From: a virus | IMG/VR virus record: IMGVR_UViG_3300021963_000094 | Coordinates: 1-64,000 of that record | DNA: 64,000 bases | Direction: 5' to 3' (one strand) | Notes under the pieces: generated by a model | The model's database searches: none | Told to the model about the DNA's origin: nothing | The model's input: the letters and a program-made list of their open reading frames with translations, nothing else | Position numbers and translations under genes: made by a program | In this document: in pieces, positions 49,243 through 57,902 of the stretch | Position numbering within the stretch: the stretch's first letter is position 1 | Layout of the letters: every line of letters begins with the position of its first letter

Positions 49243-50319
49243 ATGCCGTTCAACGTAAATATAAAATTTTCATCTGCCGGGAACATCACGAGTCAATCGT
49301 ACGAGATATCCGCAAGCTCATCAGAGAATGGGAGTTATAGTACAACTGGGGTTCAACCTAGTACTATAGCAAGAGCAGATCTTCTTGGAGGAACTTATAT
49401 TCAGGTTCCTGATGGTTCTACATGGATCAAAGGTGATAATGTTACTCAGGGAGCACCAGCTGGTACAAAAAAAATAGCAATAGCAAATATTCCATCAGCA
49501 CCAACGCCAGCACCAACGCCAGCACCAACACCTGAGCCAACACCGGCTCCTCCTGGACCAACGCCAGAGCCAACGCCAGCGCCAACACCGGCTCCAACAC
49601 CAGCGCCTACACCGGCTCCGACACCAGCACCAACGCCAGAGCCAACGCCAGCGCCAACACCGGCTCCAACACCAGCGCCTACACCGGCTCCGACACCAGC
49701 ACCAACGCCAGCGCCTACACCAGCACCGACGCCAGCACCAACACCACTTGGTAGCATACTTCTTCTTGATGGTAGCCTTGGGTATTACACTGCAGACATA
49801 TTAGATAGCGGACAAGACTATTACAGCGGAGGAGGATTCTGCTACATTTCACAAGGTTCCTATTATAATGCAGGGGATGTTACCGGAAAAACACAAATAT
49901 TCGGAACTGCTTGTAATTCTTCTGGTGGACAATGTAATGACTGTACTGGGGTATCACCATCACCAACGCCAGCACCAACACCTGCTCCGACGCCAGCACC
50001 AACTCCAGCACCTCTTTCGATAATATTCAGATCTCTGGGATTAAGTGCATTTAATAGCCACTGTGGAGAAAACTATTTAATTAGTGCCGATTTATGGGTG
50101 ATTACAACATCGATACCTAGCTTATATTATACAACAGTTTATAGTGATGGAAGTTATACTCCTTTCAATGGATCTGATCTATGGTATGCAGTTTCGAATG
50201 GCGATCCAGCAAACACAGAGACCGCTCCTTACCAGGTTATTCAGATTGATTCGTCTGGTGTTGTTACGAGCGTTCAAACAGTTACATCATGCGGTGGCGG
50301 TGGAGGAGCTATAAATTAA
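49243..50319 (+). CDS. Second (PTPA)n mucin-like fibre/decoration protein
   Basis: Ig-like N-terminal domain, two Pro/Thr arrays, Cys-containing small domains and C-terminal GGGGG. Confidence 0.7.
   Translation: MPFNVNIKFSSAGNITSQSYEISASSSENGSYSTTGVQPSTIARADLLGGTYIQVPDGSTWIKGDNVTQGAPAGTKKIAIANIPSAPTPAPTPAPTPEPTPAPPGPTPEPTPAPTPAPTPAPTPAPTPAPTPEPTPAPTPAPTPAPTPAPTPAPTPAPTPAPTPAPTPLGSILLLDGSLGYYTADILDSGQDYYSGGGFCYISQGSYYNAGDVTGKTQIFGTACNSSGGQCNDCTGVSPSPTPAPTPAPTPAPTPAPLSIIFRSLGLSAFNSHCGENYLISADLWVITTSIPSLYYTTVYSDGSYTPFNGSDLWYAVSNGDPANTETAPYQVIQIDSSGVVTSVQTVTSCGGGGGAIN
49501..50013 (+). repeat. (PTPA/PTPE)n coding repeats including an exact 72-bp tandem duplication
   Basis: Blocks at 49501-49746 and 49957-50013; 49561-49632 is identical to 49633-49704. 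Confidence 0.95.
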
Positions 50320-50337
50320 TCCCAAATTTAAATATTT

Positions 50338-50622
50338 ATGAGATTATCAGAAATAGAAATAAACCAGATAGGATCGATAATGAATAATTATCGATCCATT
50401 CATGAAAGCCTAAACTTCTATGAAAAGAATCTAGGCCTAATGGAGAATGGTACAATAAAAAAATCTAAGGAAGAAATATCTTCACTTGGTTTAAAAATAA
50501 AAGAGAGTATATCAAAATTACAACAGGAGCGAGCTAAGGAAAAAGATTTCTTTGGTTTTCTTGAACAGAAATACGGTCCTGGACAATTTGATGTGGAAAC
50601 TTTTGAATATAAAACAAAGTAA
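50338..50622 (+). CDS. Small coiled-coil protein (possible fibre chaperone)
   Basis: 94 aa, helical, ending L..KYG.G..D. Confidence 0.6.
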   Translation: MRLSEIEINQIGSIMNNYRSIHESLNFYEKNLGLMENGTIKKSKEEISSLGLKIKESISKLQQERAKEKDFFGFLEQKYGPGQFDVETFEYKTK

Positions 50623-51365
50623 TGAAAAAAGTAGAAAAACATATTGAGGTTGTAAAGGAGTTTAAAAACAACAATAAGAAATTACTTATAGTTGCAGGAC
50701 TTTTTATATTGGCATTCTTATTATACGGTACATTTAACAATGAATACCATGCTAAGGAAATAAAAGCTCTAGAAACCGAAATAGGCGTTGTACAGAAAAA
50801 ATTTGATGCAGCAGTAGAAGAGAAAGAAAAATTCAGGGATTCTTCCTTGGTATATGAAAACCTAGCTGAGCAAGCAGGAGCAGAAGCTGATGCGTTTAGA
50901 GCAAAGGCAGAAAAAGAAAAAAGAGCAAAAGAAGCAGCGTTAGCATCTTTACAGAATTTACCAAAAGATGTGATTGACACATTTTTTGTTAAAAGATATG
51001 CAGAAGTTGTTAAAGCAGACATTGGTTTAGAGCTTGATAAAAACGTGGGAAATGCCATAGTTATAGAATTAGTTGAAAAAGATCATTTAGTAGGTCAATT
51101 GAAGACCTCGGAGAATCTAGCTAACACACTAACCACACAGGTTGGAACCTTACAAACATCTTTGGCTTTTTCAAAATCCGCATTGGTAAGCGCAGATTCT
51201 GCAATTGCAGCTAGATCCAAACAGTTTGAACTACAACAGCAAGTGAGCAATTTATTAAAAGAAGACCTAAAAGTTGCCAAGAAAAAGGCATTCTGGAATA
51301 AGATCAAGGGAACTGCCTTTGGTGTGGGAGTAGGCCTAGTTGTTGGTATCATCGCAGTAAAATAA
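50622..51365 (+). CDS. Membrane-anchored coiled-coil protein (spanin-like topology)
   Basis: N-terminal TM (LLIVAGLFILAFLLY), long coiled coil, C-terminal hydrophobic GxGxG segment. Confidence 0.55.
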   Translation: MKKVEKHIEVVKEFKNNNKKLLIVAGLFILAFLLYGTFNNEYHAKEIKALETEIGVVQKKFDAAVEEKEKFRDSSLVYENLAEQAGAEADAFRAKAEKEKRAKEAALASLQNLPKDVIDTFFVKRYAEVVKADIGLELDKNVGNAIVIELVEKDHLVGQLKTSENLANTLTTQVGTLQTSLAFSKSALVSADSAIAARSKQFELQQQVSNLLKEDLKVAKKKAFWNKIKGTAFGVGVGLVVGIIAVK

Positions 51366-51447
51366 TTGCTAAATAATGATTGTACGAGGAAAGATGAAGA
51401 AAACTGTGTGTGGATGGAGTACAATATTATTGCATGCTAATAAACTT

Positions 51448-51456
51448 GATATATAA
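51448..51456 (+). promoter_or_regulatory. Putative late promoter (GATATATAA)
   Basis: Recurrent motif, only 5 nt before ATG 51462. Confidence 0.55.
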
Positions 51457-51461
51457 GGGAT

Positions 51462-53915
51462 ATGTCAAGCTTCACTTATACCAGTAAATTTTTTAGTCTG
51501 GCTCCGTATTTACTTATGGAGTACAGATATGGTACACAGCCTAATCCAGAGAATCATCCGGTACTATACGGACTAGATGCAATAGGGTTCGAAAAGATCT
51601 CTAATGGATATTTTAATGGTGCTGTTCAAATAACAAACAGAAATCAAGACACACAGGCAACTGGTAACGTAAGAGACAGAAGCTCGGTTCAGATCTCGCA
51701 GAACACCTTTGTTAGACTTGATATAGACCGTTTGCAGGAATACCTTGATTATGACGATAAGCTAACTGATGTTAGCAACGTCCCTGTTGAATTTGAAAAC
51801 AACATTAATGTTTATTATGACACGGTAAGGTATCACTTTATAAGTGGATACAATTTTGGAACAAAGGATGGTGCTATCATGCAAATCCAATTCCAAGAAA
51901 GAAATGGTAAAAAAGCCACTATCTCACAGGTAACATACGAGAAGGGTGATATTGATATCACAACACCTAATCCAAATCCAATTTATTTTAATGCTGGGAT
52001 ATATGATCATTATATAGAGGTTAAGATACCTTCTTATGCTTCAATCACTTATGATTACGACACACAAGCAGTAAATGGATTAGCTGATCAAACGATTGCT
52101 TCTAAGATTAGTTCTGATGGCCAGGGGTTCATTAGAAATCAACCTTTCAATGTTTCTCTTTATGAAATAGAAACAACGAATGAAATCAACGAGTTCTTCT
52201 ATTATCAAACTGCTTTATTTACAATTGCAACAATCACTCCTTTCGATGAGTATGCAGATCTAGCAGCTAATATAGTGGAGAATGAAGACTTTGATTACTT
52301 TGAATACTATCCTTCTTGGCAAGGAAATTTCATCGAAGATTTTATCTATGCTGAAAGTTCTTTAGGTAACATATACTATATCATTCACGATATTGAATTA
52401 AAAGAGCAGATAGGACTTAGAAGAGTTTCCACACAGAAAATACAATTACTTCAAGACAAGGATTTTAACAGTCCTTACTTGTATCGTCCAGTTGTAATGA
52501 ATCCGAAAGCAACTAGCTTTTCCATTAACTACTCAATGAGATTAGTTAATAAATTTAGCAACGTTTCTATTCTGAGAACATCAACTGTTACTAGTACAGA
52601 AGTTGACAAATATGGCCCAGGGGTAAAGAGAATAAATCTATTACATCAACCATATCCACAAAAGGTTTACAATAAAGTTGTTGAACCTGCTGTTTCTAAA
52701 GCATACACACTAAACGTGAATCCAATTGAAAGAGTTATCACCAAATACGTTCCTGCTTTCTTCGAAAGAGAAAACGTGAACATCTCGGAGGAAGATTTAA
52801 CAATAGACAATCTTGGTGGATTAACACAATCTGCAACAGTCGATGCATCAATAGCATTTGGCCAGGGCAAATCTAAGATCGTGATCAATCCTTATGACAA
52901 CTACTACAAGTTTAGAGTTTTTGTTAAAAATGATGGGAAAGAAAATACGTTATTAGATCTTGGATCAAATTCTGATTTTTATCTTGTATTCGAAGGTGGA
53001 GACAGTAAAACTGTAAGGGTATCTAGTTTAATTAACAGCACTTTCCAAAATCCTAGCAAAGGTGAATTAGTATTTAGAGTTGTTGAATCTGATTCTAAAA
53101 AAATAGCAGCATTCACTGGAAGAGATTTTCATATAGTTGCAAAAACTAATAATGGAATAGAAACGTCAATTTATCACGGATATTGGATATTACCTAGTGA
53201 GAGAGATCAGAAGCCAGTTGCGGTAACACCCGCAACTCCTCCTCCTGTTCCAGCACCAGTAATAATTGCACCAGTTCAGGCAACATCTGCACCTGCGCCA
53301 GCACCTGCACCTGCTCCTGCACCTACTGCATCTCCAACACCGGCACCACCACCGCCACCTGTTCCATCACCGATTGAAGTTGCCACACCAGCACCTGCAG
53401 CACCAACTGTTGATATTATACCTCAACAGCCTAAAGAATACTTTGACGTGAAAACTGACCCTGTTATTCTGAACGTTGAACCTGCTGTGATAAGAACACC
53501 AATCATTGAAGAACCAGTAATAGTGAAAAAAGTTCCGATCAGAGCTGATATTGATACTTTGGCCAATCTAATTAAGATGGATGAAAATGCAGGAAAATTA
53601 GTTCCTGAAATTTGTGACTACTATACAGTTCCTGGAAATCCTGGAAATCTTCTTTATGAGGGTATAAATGTTAGATTCTTCTTAAACGCAGTTAGATTAG
53701 TTCATCCAGACATATTCGGAAGAAGAAGCGACGAGTTTGCAATGTATGCTAATTACCTAGGAGAAATCTATGATCCTTATGAGAATCAAAGATATCCATC
53801 AGGCGGTGGAGGTGGAGCAGGTGGTGGATACATCGGAGGCGGCGGAGTAGGATATAACATCTACGATAAAATACAAGACAAAAGCGAAACGATGGGTCAA
53901 ACCTTCTTTCTATAA
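51462..53915 (+). CDS. Probable virion structural protein with Pro/Ala/Thr-rich linker and Gly-rich C-terminus
   Basis: 817 aa; late motif upstream; PAPAP/PPPP region at about 53215-53410; GGGGGAGGG near the end. Confidence 0.55.
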   Translation: MSSFTYTSKFFSLAPYLLMEYRYGTQPNPENHPVLYGLDAIGFEKISNGYFNGAVQITNRNQDTQATGNVRDRSSVQISQNTFVRLDIDRLQEYLDYDDKLTDVSNVPVEFENNINVYYDTVRYHFISGYNFGTKDGAIMQIQFQERNGKKATISQVTYEKGDIDITTPNPNPIYFNAGIYDHYIEVKIPSYASITYDYDTQAVNGLADQTIASKISSDGQGFIRNQPFNVSLYEIETTNEINEFFYYQTALFTIATITPFDEYADLAANIVENEDFDYFEYYPSWQGNFIEDFIYAESSLGNIYYIIHDIELKEQIGLRRVSTQKIQLLQDKDFNSPYLYRPVVMNPKATSFSINYSMRLVNKFSNVSILRTSTVTSTEVDKYGPGVKRINLLHQPYPQKVYNKVVEPAVSKAYTLNVNPIERVITKYVPAFFERENVNISEEDLTIDNLGGLTQSATVDASIAFGQGKSKIVINPYDNYYKFRVFVKNDGKENTLLDLGSNSDFYLVFEGGDSKTVRVSSLINSTFQNPSKGELVFRVVESDSKKIAAFTGRDFHIVAKTNNGIETSIYHGYWILPSERDQKPVAVTPATPPPVPAPVIIAPVQATSAPAPAPAPAPAPTASPTPAPPPPPVPSPIEVATPAPAAPTVDIIPQQPKEYFDVKTDPVILNVEPAVIRTPIIEEPVIVKKVPIRADIDTLANLIKMDENAGKLVPEICDYYTVPGNPGNLLYEGINVRFFLNAVRLVHPDIFGRRSDEFAMYANYLGEIYDPYENQRYPSGGGGGAGGGYIGGGGVGYNIYDKIQDKSETMGQTFFL

Positions 53916-53925
53916 TTCATAGGAT

Positions 53926-54477
53926 ATGTTATTAAATTCAAGGCAGAATGGTTTTATATTTAATTTTCCAAAGGGATTTTTCTCTAAGGAGTTGGAAGAC
54001 AAGTATCATGCCTATGTGAGAAGAATGCCTATCCCTTATGACAATCTGAAGGATTTCATGAATTCCACAATTCAGCAGGTTTCTTTTCCGACGTTCCAAT
54101 CGATAGATCACGTTGAACAGACAAGACCTGGTGGATACAAACAGAATTACAAAAGTGCAACCAACATCCAGAATTTAATTAGAAGGGATTTCACAGTGTC
54201 TTTTAAGCTTGGTGAGGGTTTAATTAACTATTGGATCATGTATGAAAGCATGGTTAATTTTTTGGACTTCAACAACACAGAACAAGTTCTTCCTGACTTA
54301 ACCCTTAGATTATTAGACCATGAAGGTGTTATGATGTCAAGCATTGAATTTCAGCAACCGATATATACATCATTATCAGAGACCCAATTAAACTATTCCA
54401 GCACGACTCCTCAGTTTTCCACTTTCAGTGTGGGTTTTAGATGTAACTACGTAAACATAAAATTAGAAATTGGCTAA
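53926..54477 (+). CDS. Tail completion/tube terminator, T4 gp3-like
   Basis: Q.VSFP, F.VSF...E...NY..MY, D.TL..LD, P..SLS..L.Y and F.V.F.C.Y pattern of the gp3/gp19 fold. Confidence 0.6.
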   Translation: MLLNSRQNGFIFNFPKGFFSKELEDKYHAYVRRMPIPYDNLKDFMNSTIQQVSFPTFQSIDHVEQTRPGGYKQNYKSATNIQNLIRRDFTVSFKLGEGLINYWIMYESMVNFLDFNNTEQVLPDLTLRLLDHEGVMMSSIEFQQPIYTSLSETQLNYSSTTPQFSTFSVGFRCNYVNIKLEIG

Positions 54478-55138
54478 ACGAATCCTAGGAGTGGATTTCA
54501 GTTTAAATTCTCCAGCTTGGTGCTTATTAGCAGAGGGTGAATCTAAATGGGGATCCTTTCATCGAACAACAAAAAAGATAGAACCAATGATGGCCAAAGA
54601 GTCATCTCCGTTCAAGGTATTTTCTGAAATCCCAAATTTCTCGATTAAGGTTATAGAGAAAGAAAGAGCAGATGGTGAATACTGGGAAGTAGAGAGGAAA
54701 AAGATAGAAAATTTCCTCGTCATAGCTGATTCTTTCATCGAAATGATCAAACCCCACATTGACGAAGAGACCGTTGTTTTCATGGAGGGTATATCATTCG
54801 GAAGCTCTGGAAATTCCCTGATCGATATTTCTATGTGTACTGCTCTTATCAGAGAAAGACTAGTTGATATAGTGGGATTCGGGAGATTAAACATTTATTC
54901 CCCGACTGCTATTAAAAAATTTGCACACAAGGGAAATGCAAAAAAAGATGAACTTTATCAAGCACTTTTAGATAAATACAGTGAGGATAACCTTCTAAGT
55001 CCTCTTATCAGACCGCTGAAACAAAACCAGGATCTATGGATAAAGAAAAGTAAGGAAGTTGAAACCCCTTGCTCCGATATTATAGATGCTACTTGGATTA
55101 GCCTTTATGGTAAACAAATTTTAGGGGAAACTTTTTGA
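54470..55138 (+). CDS. RuvC-like Holliday junction resolvase
   Basis: ILGVD.S...P, .EG.SF.S, PT.IKK.A..GNA.K and D..DA catalytic motifs; TTG start. Confidence 0.8.
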   Translation: MAKRILGVDFSLNSPAWCLLAEGESKWGSFHRTTKKIEPMMAKESSPFKVFSEIPNFSIKVIEKERADGEYWEVERKKIENFLVIADSFIEMIKPHIDEETVVFMEGISFGSSGNSLIDISMCTALIRERLVDIVGFGRLNIYSPTAIKKFAHKGNAKKDELYQALLDKYSEDNLLSPLIRPLKQNQDLWIKKSKEVETPCSDIIDATWISLYGKQILGETF

Positions 55139-55153
55139 ACAACTTAGGTATAA
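55127..55153 (+). promoter_or_regulatory. Putative promoter GAAA-N18-TATAA of the replication operon
   Basis: GAAACTTTTTGAACAACTTAGGTATAA; spacing identical to the site at 5909. Confidence 0.35.
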
Positions 55154-55195
55154 CTTAGGAATCAATTTTAGTTAATTTAAAAAATTTAGAAAAAC

Positions 55196-56179
55196 ATGGA
55201 CAATTTAGACATTTTCAGTTTGGACAACGAGGACTTCTTAAAGCCCGAACCAGCAACCACAGGAAGCGGAGACGCTAACATTTACAAGCCTTATCCAGAA
55301 TTAGGCAAAGACGGTGTTTACAAAGCACTTATCAGATTTCTACCTAACGTAGCAAATCCAAAAAAATCAAAAATCCATAAGTATTACGTTTGGTTGAAAG
55401 ACCCAGTAGACAACAGCAACTTCGTTGCAGATTGTCCATCAACTGTTGGTAAGAAATCAATCTTGAAAGATATCTTCTGGAAATTAAAAAACTCCCCATC
55501 TGCAAAAGATCAAGAGTTAGCAAAATCATTTGCTAGAAAAGAAGACTACTATTCTTTAGTACAAATAGTAAAAGATCCTAACCACCCTGAATTAGAAGGT
55601 AAGGTTATGGTATTTAAATTTGGTAAAAAAGTTGCAGATCTAATCGAGCAACAAATTAAACCAGAATATGGTAATCCATGCAACCCTTATGATTTATTTG
55701 AAGGTAAAAACTTCGGTATTCATGTAAGAAAAGTTGGAGACTGGAACAACTACGATCTTTGCCAATTCGTTGGTGAGAAAGGACCAATCTCAATCGATGG
55801 TACACCAGTAGAAAAATCAGAAGACGATCAAAAAAGAATTGTTGAGTATTTAAAGAAAGGTCCACAAGACTTAGTAGAGAAATACGACTACAAAGAATGG
55901 ACTGATGAAGACCGTGAAAAAATCACATCTATCATTAGAAACATCGTACCAGACGGAAGAATGGTAGCAGAAATTCTTTCAGGATCCCCAGATTCTAGAC
56001 CTTCTACTAGCATCAACAATCCACTTAAAAACGAAGCTAAGAAAAGTCCAGCACCAGCTGATGATTTCTTCGGCGATTCATCATCTCCTGACGAGATCGA
56101 AGAACCAGCACCGAAGGCAGCTCCTAAAAAGGCAGCATCATCTTCAGGAAGTTTAGACGATTTGTATAACGATCTCTAA
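55196..56179 (+). CDS. gp32: Single-stranded DNA-binding protein, T4 gp32-like
   Basis: A.IRFLP, FKFGKK, NP.D..EG.NF and NYD motifs; acidic LDDLYNDL tail. Confidence 0.9.
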   Translation: MDNLDIFSLDNEDFLKPEPATTGSGDANIYKPYPELGKDGVYKALIRFLPNVANPKKSKIHKYYVWLKDPVDNSNFVADCPSTVGKKSILKDIFWKLKNSPSAKDQELAKSFARKEDYYSLVQIVKDPNHPELEGKVMVFKFGKKVADLIEQQIKPEYGNPCNPYDLFEGKNFGIHVRKVGDWNNYDLCQFVGEKGPISIDGTPVEKSEDDQKRIVEYLKKGPQDLVEKYDYKEWTDEDREKITSIIRNIVPDGRMVAEILSGSPDSRPSTSINNPLKNEAKKSPAPADDFFGDSSSPDEIEEPAPKAAPKKAASSSGSLDDLYNDL

Positions 56180-56199
56180 GATAATAAAGATGAGATTTT

Positions 56200-57252
56200 A
56201 TGCAAAAGTTAGGACTAGAAGAGGTAAAGAACCTTGTAAATAAGGTTCTACAAAAATCCTTTCCGGGTAATTCTGGAAAGCAACAGATCTATACCTCTCA
56301 GAACAGATTAAATTTTTCTTGTCCTTATTGCGGAGATTCAAATGATCCTAGAAAAAAGAGAGGCAATCTATATCTAGATAGCCTCTCTTTTAAGTGTTAC
56401 AACGGCGGTTGTGGACAGTTCAGGGATTTAATTGGGTTGCTGTTTGATCATGACTTAAATCGTGAATTAAGTATAGAACAATTAGAGGAAGCTAAGAACA
56501 CTATTTCTTTGAAGAAGACCTCTAGAAGAATCAGTGCAAATGTTGATGTTTTCATTCTTGAAAATTACAAAGACGTTTTAGTTTCCCGTGATGACTACAA
56601 GACAAAACTTAAATTGATAGAGGTTCCAAGACCGATTAAAGAGTATCTTTCTTCGAGGAATCAAACTGTGGATGAAAAGTACCTGTATTGCCCGTTTAAG
56701 AAGTCAATACACATTCTAAATCTCACCTCTGATGGTAAGTATATACTGGGTTTACAGCTTAGAAATATGAACAAAAACGCTGTTAACAAGTACTTTACTT
56801 ATAAGCTTAGTGGGATCCATAAAAATCTATTAAGAAACTTCAATCCTGATATCATTGCTAAAGCGGAAGAACTAGATCCGATTTCTTTGGTGTTTGGATT
56901 TTCAACAGTTAACCTAGATGAAACAGTTACAATTTTTGAAGGTCCTCTTGATTCTTTCCTCTTTCCTAATGCTGTTGCACTTTGTTCAATCAACAATCCG
57001 TTTCCGTTTGACATTCCAAACAAAAGATGGTTTTACGACGGAGATGATGCTGGACGTGATGCCCTTAGAAAAAAATTAGCTGTGGGTGACACTGTTTTTC
57101 TTTGGGATAAATTTATAAAGGAGAACGATTTACCGGAAAGAGATAAATGGGATCTAAATGATTTAGTAAACTATCTAAGAGAATCTGGAAAGAAGATCAA
57201 AAGATTAGAAAAATATTTTAGCAACGAACAATGGGATTTAATTGGGATTTAA
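56200..57252 (+). CDS. gp61: DNA primase, T4 gp61-like
   Basis: N.SCPYCGDS...KRG...FKCYNGGCG Zn ribbon; TOPRIM motifs EGPLDS, DGD and D.ND. Confidence 0.9.
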   Translation: MQKLGLEEVKNLVNKVLQKSFPGNSGKQQIYTSQNRLNFSCPYCGDSNDPRKKRGNLYLDSLSFKCYNGGCGQFRDLIGLLFDHDLNRELSIEQLEEAKNTISLKKTSRRISANVDVFILENYKDVLVSRDDYKTKLKLIEVPRPIKEYLSSRNQTVDEKYLYCPFKKSIHILNLTSDGKYILGLQLRNMNKNAVNKYFTYKLSGIHKNLLRNFNPDIIAKAEELDPISLVFGFSTVNLDETVTIFEGPLDSFLFPNAVALCSINNPFPFDIPNKRWFYDGDDAGRDALRKKLAVGDTVFLWDKFIKENDLPERDKWDLNDLVNYLRESGKKIKRLEKYFSNEQWDLIGI

Positions 57253-57458
57253 CAAAAGAAGAGCTAGCTGAAATAGAGCGTAAAAAATCTCTATTGAAAG
57301 CCCCTATAGTATATAGAGTAGATGATTCACTTGAGATCCCGGATCTGAGTGAAAACTTTACCCCTAAGGAGGAAAAAGCAGCTAAGAAAATTAAAACCGA
57401 AATAGTAGATATCAAAATTAAGAAGACAAAGAATAAAAGCAATAAGTTGTATGAGTGA
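57231..57458 (+). CDS. Small basic hypothetical protein
   Basis: 75 aa filling the gap between primase and uvsY, with short overlaps. Confidence 0.5.
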   Translation: MGFNWDLTKEELAEIERKKSLLKAPIVYRVDDSLEIPDLSENFTPKEEKAAKKIKTEIVDIKIKKTKNKSNKLYE

Positions 57459-57891
57459 TGAACTAAGCAATCTGGAAGAACAATTTACAAACGAGAGAAC
57501 TGAATGGACTGAGAGAATCCGAGAACTTTCTGTTCGAATGAGAAACATCAGAGAAATGGCGGAAGTTCAGGTCGAACTATATTCTGATAGACAAAGATTA
57601 CTTGAATATGCTTATAAATTAGGTCAGATTCTAACCAGGCTGAATGCAAGGTTTAGAGCAGACCGTAGAAATAAAATGGTTTATTATTCAGAAGAACATA
57701 ACACCAGATACGGAGCAAACGAAAAAACTGCTTTAATAGAGGGTGATTTGACAGAGCTAAAGAGAAAAATAGATGTTGTTGATAATCACTCTAGCTTTAT
57801 GAATGAGACCGTTAAAACCGTTGATCATTTTCTTTATGGGGTGAAGAGTAGAATCGCCCTTGAGGAATTTATGAGAGGCGGAACAAAATAA
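57451..57891 (+). CDS. uvsY: Recombination mediator, UvsY-like
   Basis: All-helical 146-aa protein immediately upstream of uvsW; I..D.........D....E..K.......K..I pattern. Confidence 0.65.
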   Translation: MSDELSNLEEQFTNERTEWTERIRELSVRMRNIREMAEVQVELYSDRQRLLEYAYKLGQILTRLNARFRADRRNKMVYYSEEHNTRYGANEKTALIEGDLTELKRKIDVVDNHSSFMNETVKTVDHFLYGVKSRIALEEFMRGGTK

Positions 57892-57902
57892 GAAAAATTT
57901 GA

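Noticed and set aside
47836-50013. Tandem repeats considered as a CRISPR array or DGR template/variable pair
   Set aside because: Units are 12-bp, codon-aligned and vary at third positions, with no unique spacers. No adenine-specific mismatched pair and no reverse transcriptase are present in the window.
51366-51456. Tiny ORFs in the gap (LLNNDCTRKDEENCVWMEYNIIAC in frame after the TAA; MIVRGKMKK...)
   Set aside because: Under 30 aa with no supporting motif; TAA read-through is unlikely.
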